Below are positions 19,335-29,638 of a stretch of DNA of 64,000 bases, piece by piece (the first letter of the stretch is position 1; every line of letters begins with the position of its first letter). This DNA comes from Minisyncoccia bacterium (lineage in GTDB: Bacteria; Patescibacteriota; Minisyncoccia; 2-02-FULL-40-12; IGHO2-01-FULL-4-A), in NCBI GenBank assembly GCA_050015375.1, contig JBEKBN010000006.1, positions 454-64,453 of the forward strand, written 5' to 3'. Below the pieces are notes generated by a model. That model saw nothing but the letters and a program-made list of their open reading frames with translations, searched no databases and was not told the origin of the DNA. A program made the position numbers and the translations under genes.

Positions 19335-19766
19335 TTATCGGTCAATATTTTCGGTGATTTTTTTATTAAGAGCGGCGAACTGGGTCAGCTCGTCATCAGT
19401 TAGCGCGTCGAAAAGTTTCATCATTTTCCGCAATCCTTGTTCTTTGAACTCGTTGAACATCTTTTTCGCTTTTTCAGATAATGACAAGGCAATGACTCGG
19501 CGGTCATCGGGAGCGCCTTTGCGGATCAAATACCCGTTGTCCACTAGGCCGTCTATCAATTGTGTCGCCGCGCTACTGGAAATGTGGAGCGTTTCAGCAA
19601 TGGTCTTTACATTCGTGGAATTATTTTTAGCCACGAAAAGCAGCACAAAACCTTGAGACGGGGTAATACCCAGCTCATTTTTAGCGGTATAGCCCACCAT
19701 CAGCTTATGCTTCATGGCATGCAAATTTTGCAGGAGGTCTTCAATGATATTTTTACGATTTATCAT
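19335..19766 (-). CDS. MarR family transcriptional regulator
   Basis: ITPSQGFVL, IAETLHISSSAATQLIDGLVDNGYL..DDRR; upstream of the efflux genes. Confidence 0.92.
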   Translation of the reverse strand: MINRKNIIEDLLQNLHAMKHKLMVGYTAKNELGITPSQGFVLLFVAKNNSTNVKTIAETLHISSSAATQLIDGLVDNGYLIRKGAPDDRRVIALSLSEKAKKMFNEFKEQGLRKMMKLFDALTDDELTQFAALNKKITENIDR

Positions 19767-19891
19767 GAATAAACGGTTAAATTATTGAGATACTTAATAT
19801 ATTAGTACCTTACATATCCGCAGTCAATAAGCCGACAAAATATGGCCGATAAATTCTTGCTATTAATTGCTTTGATTGTTATCTTGTTAGG

Positions 19892-20983
19892 GTGAAAATC
19901 GCATTGGTTCAGGACTATCTTGTCGAATACGGCGGGGCCGAGAGGGTTCTTCAGGCGCTTTGCGAAATTTTTCCGGAGGCGCCGATCTACACTTTACTTT
20001 ATGATGAGAAAGCCAGCGGCCGGGTTTTTCGCGACCGCGAGATCCACACCTCCTTTATCCAAAAGATTCCTTTCGCCCGGCGACACCACCGATTATTCGC
20101 GGCTTTGATGCCTTTGGCCATCGAACAATTCGATCTGTCGGAATTTGATTTTGTTTTATCGAACTCGGCTTCCTTCGGCAAGGGCGTCATCACCAAACCC
20201 AAAACCACCCACATCAACTACTGCATGACCCCGACAAGATTTCTTTGGGACGACAGTCATCGTTTTATTGATGAGTTCAAATTGCCTTGGCTGATCAGAA
20301 AAATGACACCAGCCGTCATCGCTTATCTTCGGATCTGGGACAAAGAGGCCGCCTTGCGGGTGGACGAATTCGTCGCTATTTCCAACCATGTAAAAACCCG
20401 GATCGCCAAATATTATCAGCGCGACGCGAAAGTCATCACTCCGCCGATAGATGTCAGCAAATATCATATAAGCCCCGAAGTTGACGAATATTTTTTAATG
20501 GTCGGCCGCTTAGTTGCCTACAAACGCTTTGACCTGGCGATCCAGGTTTTCAACGCCATCGGCAAACCATTGAAGATCGTCGGCGATGGGCCGGAGCGAT
20601 ATCGGCTTGAAAAAATGGCCAAAAAAAATATCGAATTTCTCGGTCTTGTCTCCGATGATAAATTGCCCGGACTCTACAGCCGCGCTCAAGCGGTGATTTT
20701 CCCCCAGGAAGAGGATTTCGGTTTGGTGCCGCTGGAAGCGATGGCTTCGGGCCGGCCGGTCATCGCGTATCGCGCCGGCGGGGCGCTGGAAACGGTCATT
20801 GATGGCCGGACTGGAATATTTTTTGACGAGCAAACGGAAATCTCGATGGCTTTGGCCATCAGCAGATATTACGAAACCAAATTCAATCCCAACGTTATCC
20901 GGGCCCACGCTTTGGATTTCGACAAATCCATCTTCAAGGAGAAAATTCTCAAATTGCTTGCCCCCACACTCAATCGCGATTGA
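19892..20983 (+). CDS. GT4 family glycosyltransferase
   Basis: GGAERV, GRLVAYKR, EEDFGLVPLEAMASG; stop codon lies inside a palindromic mini-element. Confidence 0.93.
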   Translation: MKIALVQDYLVEYGGAERVLQALCEIFPEAPIYTLLYDEKASGRVFRDREIHTSFIQKIPFARRHHRLFAALMPLAIEQFDLSEFDFVLSNSASFGKGVITKPKTTHINYCMTPTRFLWDDSHRFIDEFKLPWLIRKMTPAVIAYLRIWDKEAALRVDEFVAISNHVKTRIAKYYQRDAKVITPPIDVSKYHISPEVDEYFLMVGRLVAYKRFDLAIQVFNAIGKPLKIVGDGPERYRLEKMAKKNIEFLGLVSDDKLPGLYSRAQAVIFPQEEDFGLVPLEAMASGRPVIAYRAGGALETVIDGRTGIFFDEQTEISMALAISRYYETKFNPNVIRAHALDFDKSIFKEKILKLLAPTLNRD

Positions 20984-20996
20984 GTGTGGGGGTTGA
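20957..20996. repeat. CCCCCACACTC palindromic mini-element, copy 1
   Basis: CTTG-CCCCCACACTCAATCG|CGATTGAGTGTGGGGG-TTGA. Confidence 0.88.
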
Positions 20997-21048
20997 TATG
21001 GGGATAAGCTCTTTTTTTCGCCCATCGTTTTGATGATATAATTAAAGC

Positions 21049-23559
21049 ATGCCTCCATCGCGGAATATTCTTGAGGCATTATTTGACATTCGACCGATAA
21101 CCAGATCGGGGTCTCTTGATTTTGAAAAAATCGGCAAGGTCAAAGGCCGCATTAACCTCAAGAAGAAAAAAATTGTTGAGATCGAGACAGTTTCGATCGT
21201 TAAAAAACCGCCATTAAAAAAAACATTGAGCCGCGAGGGTATTTCCAGAGAATTCGAAAGAACAATTGCCGAACCGGTGAATGTGGCCGTAGAGTTGGCC
21301 AGATTCGGCGGCAAGCTTCACGATTACGTCCGAAAAGAAAGACCGGTTGAGATCGAACCGCAGCCGGAGGAAAAGATCGTCGTCGAGAGTCGGGATCTGG
21401 AGAATTTCTGGAAAAGGGAAGACCTATTCGAACAAAGCGAAGCTGAGAGAGAAATTGAAACAGAAGCAGAACCCAAGATCGAACCCGAGATCGCTCTCGC
21501 CGTCGCCGAAAGTTACCACAGCCCAGCCGAAAGAGAGATCGAAGCCGTCCTGGATCTTTATAGAAGAAATAAAATTTCTGTCGTTTCATCGCCAAAGCCG
21601 GAAGAGGAAACTTTTCATCAAAAAAAACCGAAAACGATTCGCTACGCGATGATAGCCCTGGGATTTTTAGTGCTTTTGGGCGCGTCTTTCGCTTATCGGG
21701 GCGGAGAAGATCTGAAGAACAATGTCATGGTCAATGGCGGCAAAGCCGTCGCCAATTTGGAACAAGCCAAGGCGAATCTGGCTAATTTTAATTTTGCCAA
21801 CGCCGCCGACAATTTCGCTTCGGCCTATGACGATTTCGGCAGCGCTTCCGACAATCTCAACAGCATGGGCGCGTCGTTCTTGTCGAATTTCAGCGATCTG
21901 CCCGGACTCTCGAAGGTCAAATCAGCGAACAATTTGGTTTTGGCCGGCCAGCACATTTCCAAAGCCGGCGAGAACTTGGCTTTGGCGTTCAGCACTTTGT
22001 CGAAAACGAATTTTTTGGGCAACAACCCGCTTTCAAAATTGGTTTCCGAATTCAAACAAGTTTTGGTCAACGCCAACGCCAACATCACCGATGCTCAAAA
22101 TTTGGTCGCCGATATTGACGCCTCGGCCCTGCCGACCGACAAACAGCAGTTGTTCATTGATTTCAAAGCAAAAATTCCGGAATTTCAGCAATACATCGGC
22201 AATGCCATTGATTACTCCGATTTCCTGTCGGGCGTCATCGGGGGCGCGGGCAAGACCGAGAAAAAATATCTGATGCTTCTCCAAAACACCAGCGAGCTTC
22301 GGGCGACCGGCGGTTTTCCCGGTTCATATGCCCTGGTAACTTTTGAGAACGGTTCACTGAAAAGCGTCAGTGTTGACGATGTCTATAATATTGACGGCCA
22401 GTTAAAAGTTAATATCATTCCGCCGATCCCGCTTCAGGCGATAACGCCCAACTGGGGCATGCGGGACGCCAATTGGTTCGCTGATTTTCCGGCTTCGGCC
22501 AAAAAAGTGGAGGAATTTTACAAAATGGACACAGCCGGCGCCACCGGCACCGCCGGCGACGACGTTGATGGTGTGTTCTCCATTACGCCCCAGGTCATCG
22601 GCCAAATTCTGGATGTCATCGGCGGACTCGATATGCCCGCGTACGGAATAAAATTGGATTCAAAAAATTTCATCACCCAGATCCAGAGTCAGGTCGAATA
22701 CGGCGCCAACCGCTCCCAGCCCAAAACCATCGTCAAAGACCTTCAGCCGCTGTTATTCGCTAAACTTGCCGCCCAGGATTCCTCGAAGTGGGCCGACATT
22801 TTTAAAATTTTGGTTCAAGCCGTCGGCCAAAAACAAATTCTGGCGTATTTTAACGATGCCAAATTGGAGAACATGGCTCTTCAGAACGGTCTGGGCGGGG
22901 AGGTCAGAACAACGGCTGATGATTATTTGCAAATTGTTTTTTCGAATGTCAAAGGTTCAAAAACAGACGCCGTCATTGATAATAAATTTGATCTCAAGAC
23001 CGATTTGACGGGTGGCACGATAGCGAACACATTGACCATCACCCGGACCCACAACGGCGGCGACAGCCAGTATGGATTTTACAACAAGGTCAGTCCGACA
23101 TATGTCCGTGTCTACGCGCCGTTGGGCTCGGTTCTGGGAAGCGTGACTGGCGATTCCATCACCGATTATCGTCCTTTGATCGGCTACGCGGATTACAATT
23201 TTAAAACCGACCCGAATCTGGGCGCGGTTGAAGATACCACCATTCACCCGTTCAAAGGCGTGGATGTTTTTCAGGAATCGGGTAAAACGGTTTTTGGTTT
23301 TTGGCTGGTCTTGGATCCGAAACAAACCAAATCGGTCACTGTCAGCTACGTCTCGCCGGTTCCCGTGAATACCGGCGGTTATAGCTTGCTTTGGCAAAAA
23401 CAATCAGGCACCGGTAGTGACCCGATATCATTTCAACTGACCTTGCCCGAGGGCGAAAAGATCGCGAGCGCGTCCGACAATTCAACGATTGCCGGAAACA
23501 AATTGAATATAAATTCCGACCTCTCGGTTGACAGGGAAATAAATCTGCAAATCAAATAG
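21049..23559 (+). CDS. DUF4012-like membrane-anchored protein
   Basis: Single TM, then YLMLLQNTSELRATGGFPGSY, MRDANWFADFP, WQKQSG. Confidence 0.82.
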   Translation: MPPSRNILEALFDIRPITRSGSLDFEKIGKVKGRINLKKKKIVEIETVSIVKKPPLKKTLSREGISREFERTIAEPVNVAVELARFGGKLHDYVRKERPVEIEPQPEEKIVVESRDLENFWKREDLFEQSEAEREIETEAEPKIEPEIALAVAESYHSPAEREIEAVLDLYRRNKISVVSSPKPEEETFHQKKPKTIRYAMIALGFLVLLGASFAYRGGEDLKNNVMVNGGKAVANLEQAKANLANFNFANAADNFASAYDDFGSASDNLNSMGASFLSNFSDLPGLSKVKSANNLVLAGQHISKAGENLALAFSTLSKTNFLGNNPLSKLVSEFKQVLVNANANITDAQNLVADIDASALPTDKQQLFIDFKAKIPEFQQYIGNAIDYSDFLSGVIGGAGKTEKKYLMLLQNTSELRATGGFPGSYALVTFENGSLKSVSVDDVYNIDGQLKVNIIPPIPLQAITPNWGMRDANWFADFPASAKKVEEFYKMDTAGATGTAGDDVDGVFSITPQVIGQILDVIGGLDMPAYGIKLDSKNFITQIQSQVEYGANRSQPKTIVKDLQPLLFAKLAAQDSSKWADIFKILVQAVGQKQILAYFNDAKLENMALQNGLGGEVRTTADDYLQIVFSNVKGSKTDAVIDNKFDLKTDLTGGTIANTLTITRTHNGGDSQYGFYNKVSPTYVRVYAPLGSVLGSVTGDSITDYRPLIGYADYNFKTDPNLGAVEDTTIHPFKGVDVFQESGKTVFGFWLVLDPKQTKSVTVSYVSPVPVNTGGYSLLWQKQSGTGSDPISFQLTLPEGEKIASASDNSTIAGNKLNINSDLSVDREINLQIK

Positions 23560-23630
23560 GCGACCCTCGGTATTTTAGGCGGATCTGGCAACCGCTTTTT
23601 TTATCGTTCTTATCGTGGTAGTTTTATCTC

Positions 23631-25460
23631 ATGCAAAACATCCGCAATTTTTGTATAATTGCTCACATAGACCATGGCAAAAGCACCTTAGCCGACCGGC
23701 TTTTAGAATTGACGGGCACAATTGAAAAGCGCAAAATGCACGAACAATTTCTGGACCAGATGGAATTGGAGCGTGAAAGAGGGATTACCATAAAACTCCA
23801 ACCCGTCCGCATGCAATACGGCGAATATATTTTGAATTTAATAGATACGCCGGGCCATGTGGATTTCACCTACGAAGTTTCTCGTTCGCTGGCGGCGGTG
23901 GAGGGTGCGATTTTACTTGTGGATGCCGCCAAAGGCGTTCAAGCCCAGACACTGGCCAATTTGCATTTGGCGCAAAGACAGAATTTGGTCATTATTCCGG
24001 TCATCAACAAAATTGATCTACCCAATGCCAGAGTGGCCGAAGCCGAAGAAGAAATTTCCAATTTGCTTGCCGTTGAACCGGACGAAATTATCAAGATTTC
24101 CGCCAAGACCGGTGAAGGCGTGGAGAAAGTTCTTGAAGCGGTTGTCGAAAAAATTCCCCCGCCATCTACTCACTACTCACTACCAACTACCAACTATCCT
24201 CGCGCCCTGATTTTTGATTCCGCTTTTGACGCTTACAAAGGCGTTGTCGCTTATGTCAGGATTTTTGACGGCAACTTCCGGGCCGGAGACAAAATTAAAC
24301 TTTTCGCTTCCAAAGCCGAAGCCGAGATAATCGAAGTTGGTCAGTTTAAACCCGCCTTGAGCAAAACCGATTCTATCGGCGAAGGTGAGATCGGCTATAT
24401 CGCCACCGGTTTGAAAAATCCCGGCGATGTCCGCGTTGGTGATACGGTTTTCTCTACAAACTATAAACCACAAACTACAAACTTTTCACCCCTTCCCGGC
24501 TACAAAGAACCGATGCCGGTGGTTTTCGCCAGTTTTTTTCCGGAAAAAGGGGAAGATTATGATCTGCTGAAAGACGCGCTGGGAAAACTGAAATTGACCG
24601 ATGCCTCGCTGACTTATGAACCGGAATCTTCACCAGCCCTCGGCCGGGGTTTTCGCCTTGGCTTTCTGGGTATGCTCCACACCGAGATCATCAGTGAGCG
24701 GTTGCGCCGGGAATTCAAATTGTCGCTGATAATTTCCTCGCCGTCGGTGGAATATCACATTTTGAAAAAGAACGGCCAAGAAATTCCCATCCGTTCGGCA
24801 TCAGAGATGCCCAATCCGAGTTATATTGATAAAATTTTCGAACCGACGGTTGTGCTGGAATTGTTGAGCCCATCTGAATATCTCGGTTCATTGATGAAAC
24901 TTCTTTCCGAAATGCGAAGCTCTTATCTAGCCACTGATTATTTGACCAAGGAAATCGTGATTTTAAAATACAAAGTCCCGCTGACTGAAATTGTGACCGA
25001 TTTTTATGACAAACTGAAAAGCGTCAGTTCCGGTTACGCTTCGATGAGTTATTCACCCCCACACTCATTAGATGAGTGTGGGGGCAAGCAGGATGGCTAT
25101 GAGGAATCTGATCTGGTTCGGCTGGATATTTTGGTGGCCGGGGATTTGGTTGAACCGTTTTCGAGAATGGTTCCGAGATCGCGCGTTCATGACGAAGGCA
25201 AGAGAATTGTCGAGAAGTTGAAGAAAATAATTCCGCGGCAATGGTTCGCGGTGGCGATCCAAGCGGCCATCGGCGGGAAAATAATCGCTCGGGAAACCAT
25301 CAGCGCTTTGCGAAAAGATGTTACCGGTTATCTCTACGGCGGGGATATTACCCGCAAGAAAAAATTATTGGAGAAGCAAAAGAGGGGGAAGGCGAGGATG
25401 AAAGAGGAAGGCAAGGTGAATATTCCGCAGAATGTGTTTCTGGAGATGCTGAAAAAGTAG
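23631..25460 (+). CDS. lepA: Translation elongation factor 4 (LepA) with three repeat-derived insertions
   Basis: IRNFCIIAHIDHGKSTLADR, DTPGHVDF, GFLGMLH, YGGDITRKKKLLEKQKRGK. Confidence 0.98.
   Translation: MQNIRNFCIIAHIDHGKSTLADRLLELTGTIEKRKMHEQFLDQMELERERGITIKLQPVRMQYGEYILNLIDTPGHVDFTYEVSRSLAAVEGAILLVDAAKGVQAQTLANLHLAQRQNLVIIPVINKIDLPNARVAEAEEEISNLLAVEPDEIIKISAKTGEGVEKVLEAVVEKIPPPSTHYSLPTTNYPRALIFDSAFDAYKGVVAYVRIFDGNFRAGDKIKLFASKAEAEIIEVGQFKPALSKTDSIGEGEIGYIATGLKNPGDVRVGDTVFSTNYKPQTTNFSPLPGYKEPMPVVFASFFPEKGEDYDLLKDALGKLKLTDASLTYEPESSPALGRGFRLGFLGMLHTEIISERLRREFKLSLIISSPSVEYHILKKNGQEIPIRSASEMPNPSYIDKIFEPTVVLELLSPSEYLGSLMKLLSEMRSSYLATDYLTKEIVILKYKVPLTEIVTDFYDKLKSVSSGYASMSYSPPHSLDECGGKQDGYEESDLVRLDILVAGDLVEPFSRMVPRSRVHDEGKRIVEKLKKIIPRQWFAVAIQAAIGGKIIARETISALRKDVTGYLYGGDITRKKKLLEKQKRGKARMKEEGKVNIPQNVFLEMLKK
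25052..25088. repeat. CCCCCACACTC palindromic mini-element, copy 2, in frame in lepA
   Basis: TTCA-CCCCCACACTCAT-TAG-ATGAGTGTGGGGG-CAAG, encoding SPPHSLDECGG. Confidence 0.9.
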
Positions 25461-25646
25461 CGAGCCCCTCACTTCCCGACCTGGGCTCACCGGATTACTT
25501 TCCGGGGACTTCGCATCGCCCAGCGAGCGATTTGCTCATCCGGTTGTCGGTTGCCGTCGCTGACTTGATCACAAGTCAGACCGTGCCGACGGCACCGACA
25601 ACGGCCCCTGAAAGCAATCCAGTTCGCAGAAAGTGAGGGGCTCGCT
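25459..25646 (-). ncRNA. Candidate 188-nt structured RNA with a hammerhead-like three-way junction
   Basis: 16-bp terminal inverted repeat and nested stems; A-C mismatches on + become G-U on -; junction CGGAUGA / GAAG. Confidence 0.55.
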
Positions 25647-25788
25647 TCTGCTTTACATTCCGCCAATTCTTGCAGGTATTGCATAAATATGTGATTCGTG
25701 GTAGTATATGGAAATCGCAATGAAAGCATTCGGTTTTGAGCAATAAATGAGCCGAAAAGCTCTTTGAAAAAAGGAAGGAGAAACTCAG

Positions 25789-26322
25789 ATGGTAACATTT
25801 ATTGTCTTGGCCGTAGTTGGTGTTATGGTAGGCGTTGCTTCTCAAAAGGGCTGTGGCCGAGGAGAAAAGGTTTTATTTGGGTTTGTGGGGCTGGTGTTTG
25901 GTTTGCTACTGGCAGTGGTTACCGCTCTTAAGATTGGGGCGTTATTGCCAAATTATCACGAGACCCAAGTCATCGAAAAAACTGAGCTTGTGGCGTTAAA
26001 TAACGGAACAACTATTGAGGGAAGATTTTTTCTCGGGTCCGGCCAAATCGATTCTCAGCCTGCTTACTTTTTCTACTACAAGGTTGCTAATGGTGGAATA
26101 AAACTTGGAACCTTGTCAGCAGAAGGTGTCACAATATTTGAGGAAAAGCGAAGTGATGCCTATATGGAAAAATCGAGCGAAGAGGATTATCCTAAAATAA
26201 CCGGAATTTGGGGATATCTCACATTTCCTGGCGTAACACGTAAGTGGGAGTGCGTAAACTTTCATATCCCAGAAGGCAGTATCCAGAGAAGTTTCGACTT
26301 GGATTTGAAGAACATGAGGTGA
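25789..26322 (+). CDS. Orphan membrane protein
   Basis: Two N-terminal TMs, GRFFLGSGQID; TTGCAT-17-TAGTAT promoter, AAGGAG SD, terminator. Confidence 0.7.
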   Translation: MVTFIVLAVVGVMVGVASQKGCGRGEKVLFGFVGLVFGLLLAVVTALKIGALLPNYHETQVIEKTELVALNNGTTIEGRFFLGSGQIDSQPAYFFYYKVANGGIKLGTLSAEGVTIFEEKRSDAYMEKSSEEDYPKITGIWGYLTFPGVTRKWECVNFHIPEGSIQRSFDLDLKNMR

Positions 26323-26477
26323 TGTCCAACTCGGCCATCTCAAAAACCCAGCCCGGCGGGAAACCGTCAGGCTTTTTTGTTGCTGGAGTTGACGCTGTGA
26401 TGGTTGTAGTATACGATAAACGGAGTTCCTGTTGGTAGCTAACGATTTCCATTGACCCTTTTGAAAGGAGAAGCACC

Positions 26478-27107
26478 TTGAAATATCAACTGGCAATGTT
26501 TGATTTGGATGGCGTTTTGATGGAAACGAGAGATGTGGCCTATCGGGCGTGCGTCGAGATATTTGAGACATACGGCGTTCCGCCGCCTCCTCGGAATGTT
26601 TTTTTCGCGGAAGTGGACGGCGATTACATGGAGTTCTATTGGAAATACGGAATTCCCAGAACCGCCTCAAAAAAAGATCTAAACGCCATTTTCAATCGCC
26701 GATATCGGGAAGAAAAAGACAAAATTCAGGCGCGGAATGGAACCAGGTCCATGCTTTCACTTTGCCGGCTCAAAAACATGAAGACGGCTATTGTCAGCGG
26801 TTCAACTAGGTATATCTGCGATCTTTTCGCTTCGTCGGAACAATTGGATCATCAATTTGATTTCATTGCCGCCAATGCCGCCAAAGCGATCGCGATACAA
26901 GCCGTAATGGGGAAATTCAAGATTGAACCCCGTCACGCGTTTTTCGTGGATGATGCGGTCAGCGGGATCAAGGCGGCGAAATCGTGCGGAGTCTTTTCCG
27001 TCGGTATCTTCGGCGGTTTCAGCGAACGCGAAGCCATTGCCAACGCAAAGCCAAGTCTGATGATCAACGAGATGGGCGAACTCTGGCAACTCATCCGAAA
27101 GCCATAA
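26478..27107 (+). CDS. HAD-family hydrolase
   Basis: FDLDGVL motif I, IVSGS, FVDDAVSGIKAAK; TTG start after AAGGAG. Confidence 0.9.
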   Translation: MKYQLAMFDLDGVLMETRDVAYRACVEIFETYGVPPPPRNVFFAEVDGDYMEFYWKYGIPRTASKKDLNAIFNRRYREEKDKIQARNGTRSMLSLCRLKNMKTAIVSGSTRYICDLFASSEQLDHQFDFIAANAAKAIAIQAVMGKFKIEPRHAFFVDDAVSGIKAAKSCGVFSVGIFGGFSEREAIANAKPSLMINEMGELWQLIRKP

Positions 27108-27206
27108 GGTTTTGAAAACCACAAGCTCGGTTCAACCCGGGCTTTTTTGTTGCAAAAAAATCCCCCGCAAAGCGAGGGAAGTGACTGGCGATTTTGATTC
27201 GGGAAA

Positions 27207-27419
27207 TTATTGTATGCCATGGATTCGGCGGAAATGGGCGCGGTGGCTGGCTTTGCGGCGGTTGTCTCTTTCTTTTCGCCGTTGAGTCCGAGTGCGCGAT
27301 GAAGGGATTGGGCTCAGCTGGCCTTTTGTTTTTTTCAGGCCCAAGTCGGCATCATCCATATCAATGTCACCCCTTTTTCCTAAACCGAAGACTTCAATAC
27401 CTGGAAACATCGTGTTCAT
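27207..27419 (-). CDS. Small orphan protein with Arg-rich C-terminus
   Basis: AAAAAGGAG SD before the ATG; 70 aa. Confidence 0.55.
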   Translation of the reverse strand: MNTMFPGIEVFGLGKRGDIDMDDADLGLKKTKGQLSPIPSSRTRTQRRKERDNRRKASHRAHFRRIHGIQ

Positions 27420-27448
27420 GATTTCTCCTTTTTGTGCTCGTTGAACCG

Positions 27449-27799
27449 CTAATCGCCCAAATCAATATGATGGCGTAATTTGGGCTCTGGTAAACCCAAT
27501 CTTCGGAAAATGGGCGGAACTCGTAATTGGATCTCGGTAATTTCTAAAGTTAGATCATCGTCAAAATAGTTCTCGCTGTCCAAATCTGTATTCCAGTGCA
27601 ATTCCTTTACTTCAACTCCGAAGCCAACCGACACACCACTCATAAAAATATCTCGGAAAATGACACCACCATTCTCAAGACCATCCAATTCTTCTCTGAC
27701 AGCATCAATTAATTCAACGGTTGTCTGAGGCAATTTGGAGTTGTCGATCTCGTCATTTTCAACACCAATCCACAGAACCCATCTCGCATATGTACCCAT
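27449..27799 (-). CDS. Orphan acidic protein
   Basis: GAGG SD; probably co-transcribed with 27207..27419. Confidence 0.6.
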   Translation of the reverse strand: MGTYARWVLWIGVENDEIDNSKLPQTTVELIDAVREELDGLENGGVIFRDIFMSGVSVGFGVEVKELHWNTDLDSENYFDDDLTLEITEIQLRVPPIFRRLGLPEPKLRHHIDLGD

Positions 27800-27887
27800 G
27801 GTTTTTCCTCTTCAAGTAAGTTAAGGAACTCTTGACACATTGTATGCCATGAATTACCATATGTCAAGCACACATAGGAGGCGTGAA

Positions 27888-28820
27888 ATGCAAAAGGAAG
27901 TGGAATCTTTGACAATTAAACCGTCAGATATTGATCTATCGGTGGGTTTAGAAGGTACTTTTGGAAGTTCTGATTATGACGAAGTTGCGGAAGAGCTGGT
28001 TGAACTTGCCCAATTGCAGGGTAGTTGGAATGATTTCAGTGGAGCCAAAATACCCGAGTTTTCTCTTACCTCTCTTTATCTGGACAATGCGTTGGGGGAA
28101 AAATTTGTCATAGACAACCAAGATGGAACTTACTCATTCACTTGTGACTTCATTCGCGATTGTTACAATAAAGTCATGGAAAATAAATTTGACCGTCTAC
28201 AAAAGGAATTTCTGGATGAATTGAGTAAAACCACTCGTCTCATAACGACTTCAAAACAACCATTTGTTTTGGCTCTTATCGGCATTCCGGGTTCCGGCCG
28301 AACTACGATCGGCAGATATCTTGCTCCAAAATTGCATGCCAAATTGATTCAGGCAAATTCGGCTCGAAAAATTTTAAAAGATGCGAATTTGCCTTGGGGC
28401 GACAATGTCAGGGAGATTCTTCGGAGGGTGGGGAAAGTTGTCCTTTCCGAAGGATACAACCTTATTTTGGATGGCAACGCTCTTGAAGAAAAGGACCGGA
28501 AAAATATTGCCGAAATGGCGGGATTAAAATCCGGCGTCAAAGTTTTCTATATCCGAGTCAGAATTGGTCTGGAGAATGCCTGCCAGCGAGAGAAAGAGAA
28601 GTACAACAATCCGAAATGGATTTCGTCATTCGATGATTTTCGGGTCAGCGACGATACCGAAAAAATGGTCCAAAACGTGCGAGACAGATTTCCCGTCGAG
28701 CAAGCTCTAAAATCCGGAGACATTCCGAACTTGATCGGCGAAGTTGACAACGACGACTCGCTGGATCGGACCTACCGCCAGCTGGATGTTCTTATTTGCA
28801 AGATGAGAAATTTACGCTAG
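27888..28820 (+). CDS. P-loop kinase (AAA_33/zeta-like) with an extra N-terminal domain
   Basis: LIGIPGSGRTT Walker A variant, LILDGN; GGAGG SD before ATG 27888. Confidence 0.75.
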   Translation: MQKEVESLTIKPSDIDLSVGLEGTFGSSDYDEVAEELVELAQLQGSWNDFSGAKIPEFSLTSLYLDNALGEKFVIDNQDGTYSFTCDFIRDCYNKVMENKFDRLQKEFLDELSKTTRLITTSKQPFVLALIGIPGSGRTTIGRYLAPKLHAKLIQANSARKILKDANLPWGDNVREILRRVGKVVLSEGYNLILDGNALEEKDRKNIAEMAGLKSGVKVFYIRVRIGLENACQREKEKYNNPKWISSFDDFRVSDDTEKMVQNVRDRFPVEQALKSGDIPNLIGEVDNDDSLDRTYRQLDVLICKMRNLR

Positions 28821-28922
28821 ATGGCATCAGCCGAACGCTCCCGCGTCTCGGCTTTTTTCTTGCAAAAATCAGCTGGCTGTGGTAAAAAAGCATATCTTTT
28901 ACAATCAGAAAAGGAGGCCGAA

Positions 28923-29399
28923 ATGGCTGAGAAAAAACGAATCGCGGAAAACATCGTGATTCCCGAGAATATTAAGTTGAGTCAGATGTGCAAAATTGAG
29001 CCGAAAAACGTGAAACTTACTGGCGTCAAAATGCCTGAAGGTGTTGCCTACTTGATTAGGGTCGGAAGGAACTCGAGATTTAATAATTATATCAATTTGG
29101 AACTGCACATCATCTCAAAAGGAAAAGTAAAAACCATTCGCATTTTAGGAATGCTTACAGTCCAGCAGTTGCCTCAAAATGTTCTCGTGCCCTTCCGATT
29201 GCTTTGCGATTTTAAGAACAGCTCATTCAGGAGCGACATGATGTCGATCGCCGCCTTTGCCATAGCCCGGACCGCCAAAATCGAATTTTGCAAACTGAAA
29301 GAACCGATTGCCTACGAAACCGAATATTACTGCAAGTTCTCGGTCGGGAGTTTCAGCTGGGCGTCTCGGATCGGTCCGTCGTATTTCCTGGAAAGATAA
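28923..29399 (+). CDS. Orphan hypothetical protein
   Basis: AAGGAGG SD before ATG 28923; terminator AGCCCCCAACGGGGC-T5. Confidence 0.6.
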   Translation: MAEKKRIAENIVIPENIKLSQMCKIEPKNVKLTGVKMPEGVAYLIRVGRNSRFNNYINLELHIISKGKVKTIRILGMLTVQQLPQNVLVPFRLLCDFKNSSFRSDMMSIAAFAIARTAKIEFCKLKEPIAYETEYYCKFSVGSFSWASRIGPSYFLER

Positions 29400-29638
29400 C
29401 AGCCCCCAACGGGGCTTTTTGATTGGTGGCCTAAAATGGGCTATAATAATGAGTCAGCGAAGGAGTGGGATAAGCAAAAACATGATAGAGGAAGCTATTG
29501 TTAAAATGGCAACGGTGATGGCGATGATTCGAATGGTTTTTTTGGACATGGCGGTGAATAGCGAGTAACCAATAGCAAATAGGGAACGACCGACAGTTCA
29601 ATATTATAATATTTTGAAAACTTCGGCAATATTTTAAC

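Noticed and set aside
25459-25646. SRP RNA suggested by GCCCAGGUCGGGAAG on the minus strand
   Set aside because: The matching AGCAG half of helix 8 is absent and the segment is used in the closing stem
29449-29568. 39-aa Met-rich ORF
   Set aside because: No SD or motif, and it ends in heptamer-like repeats; not supportable
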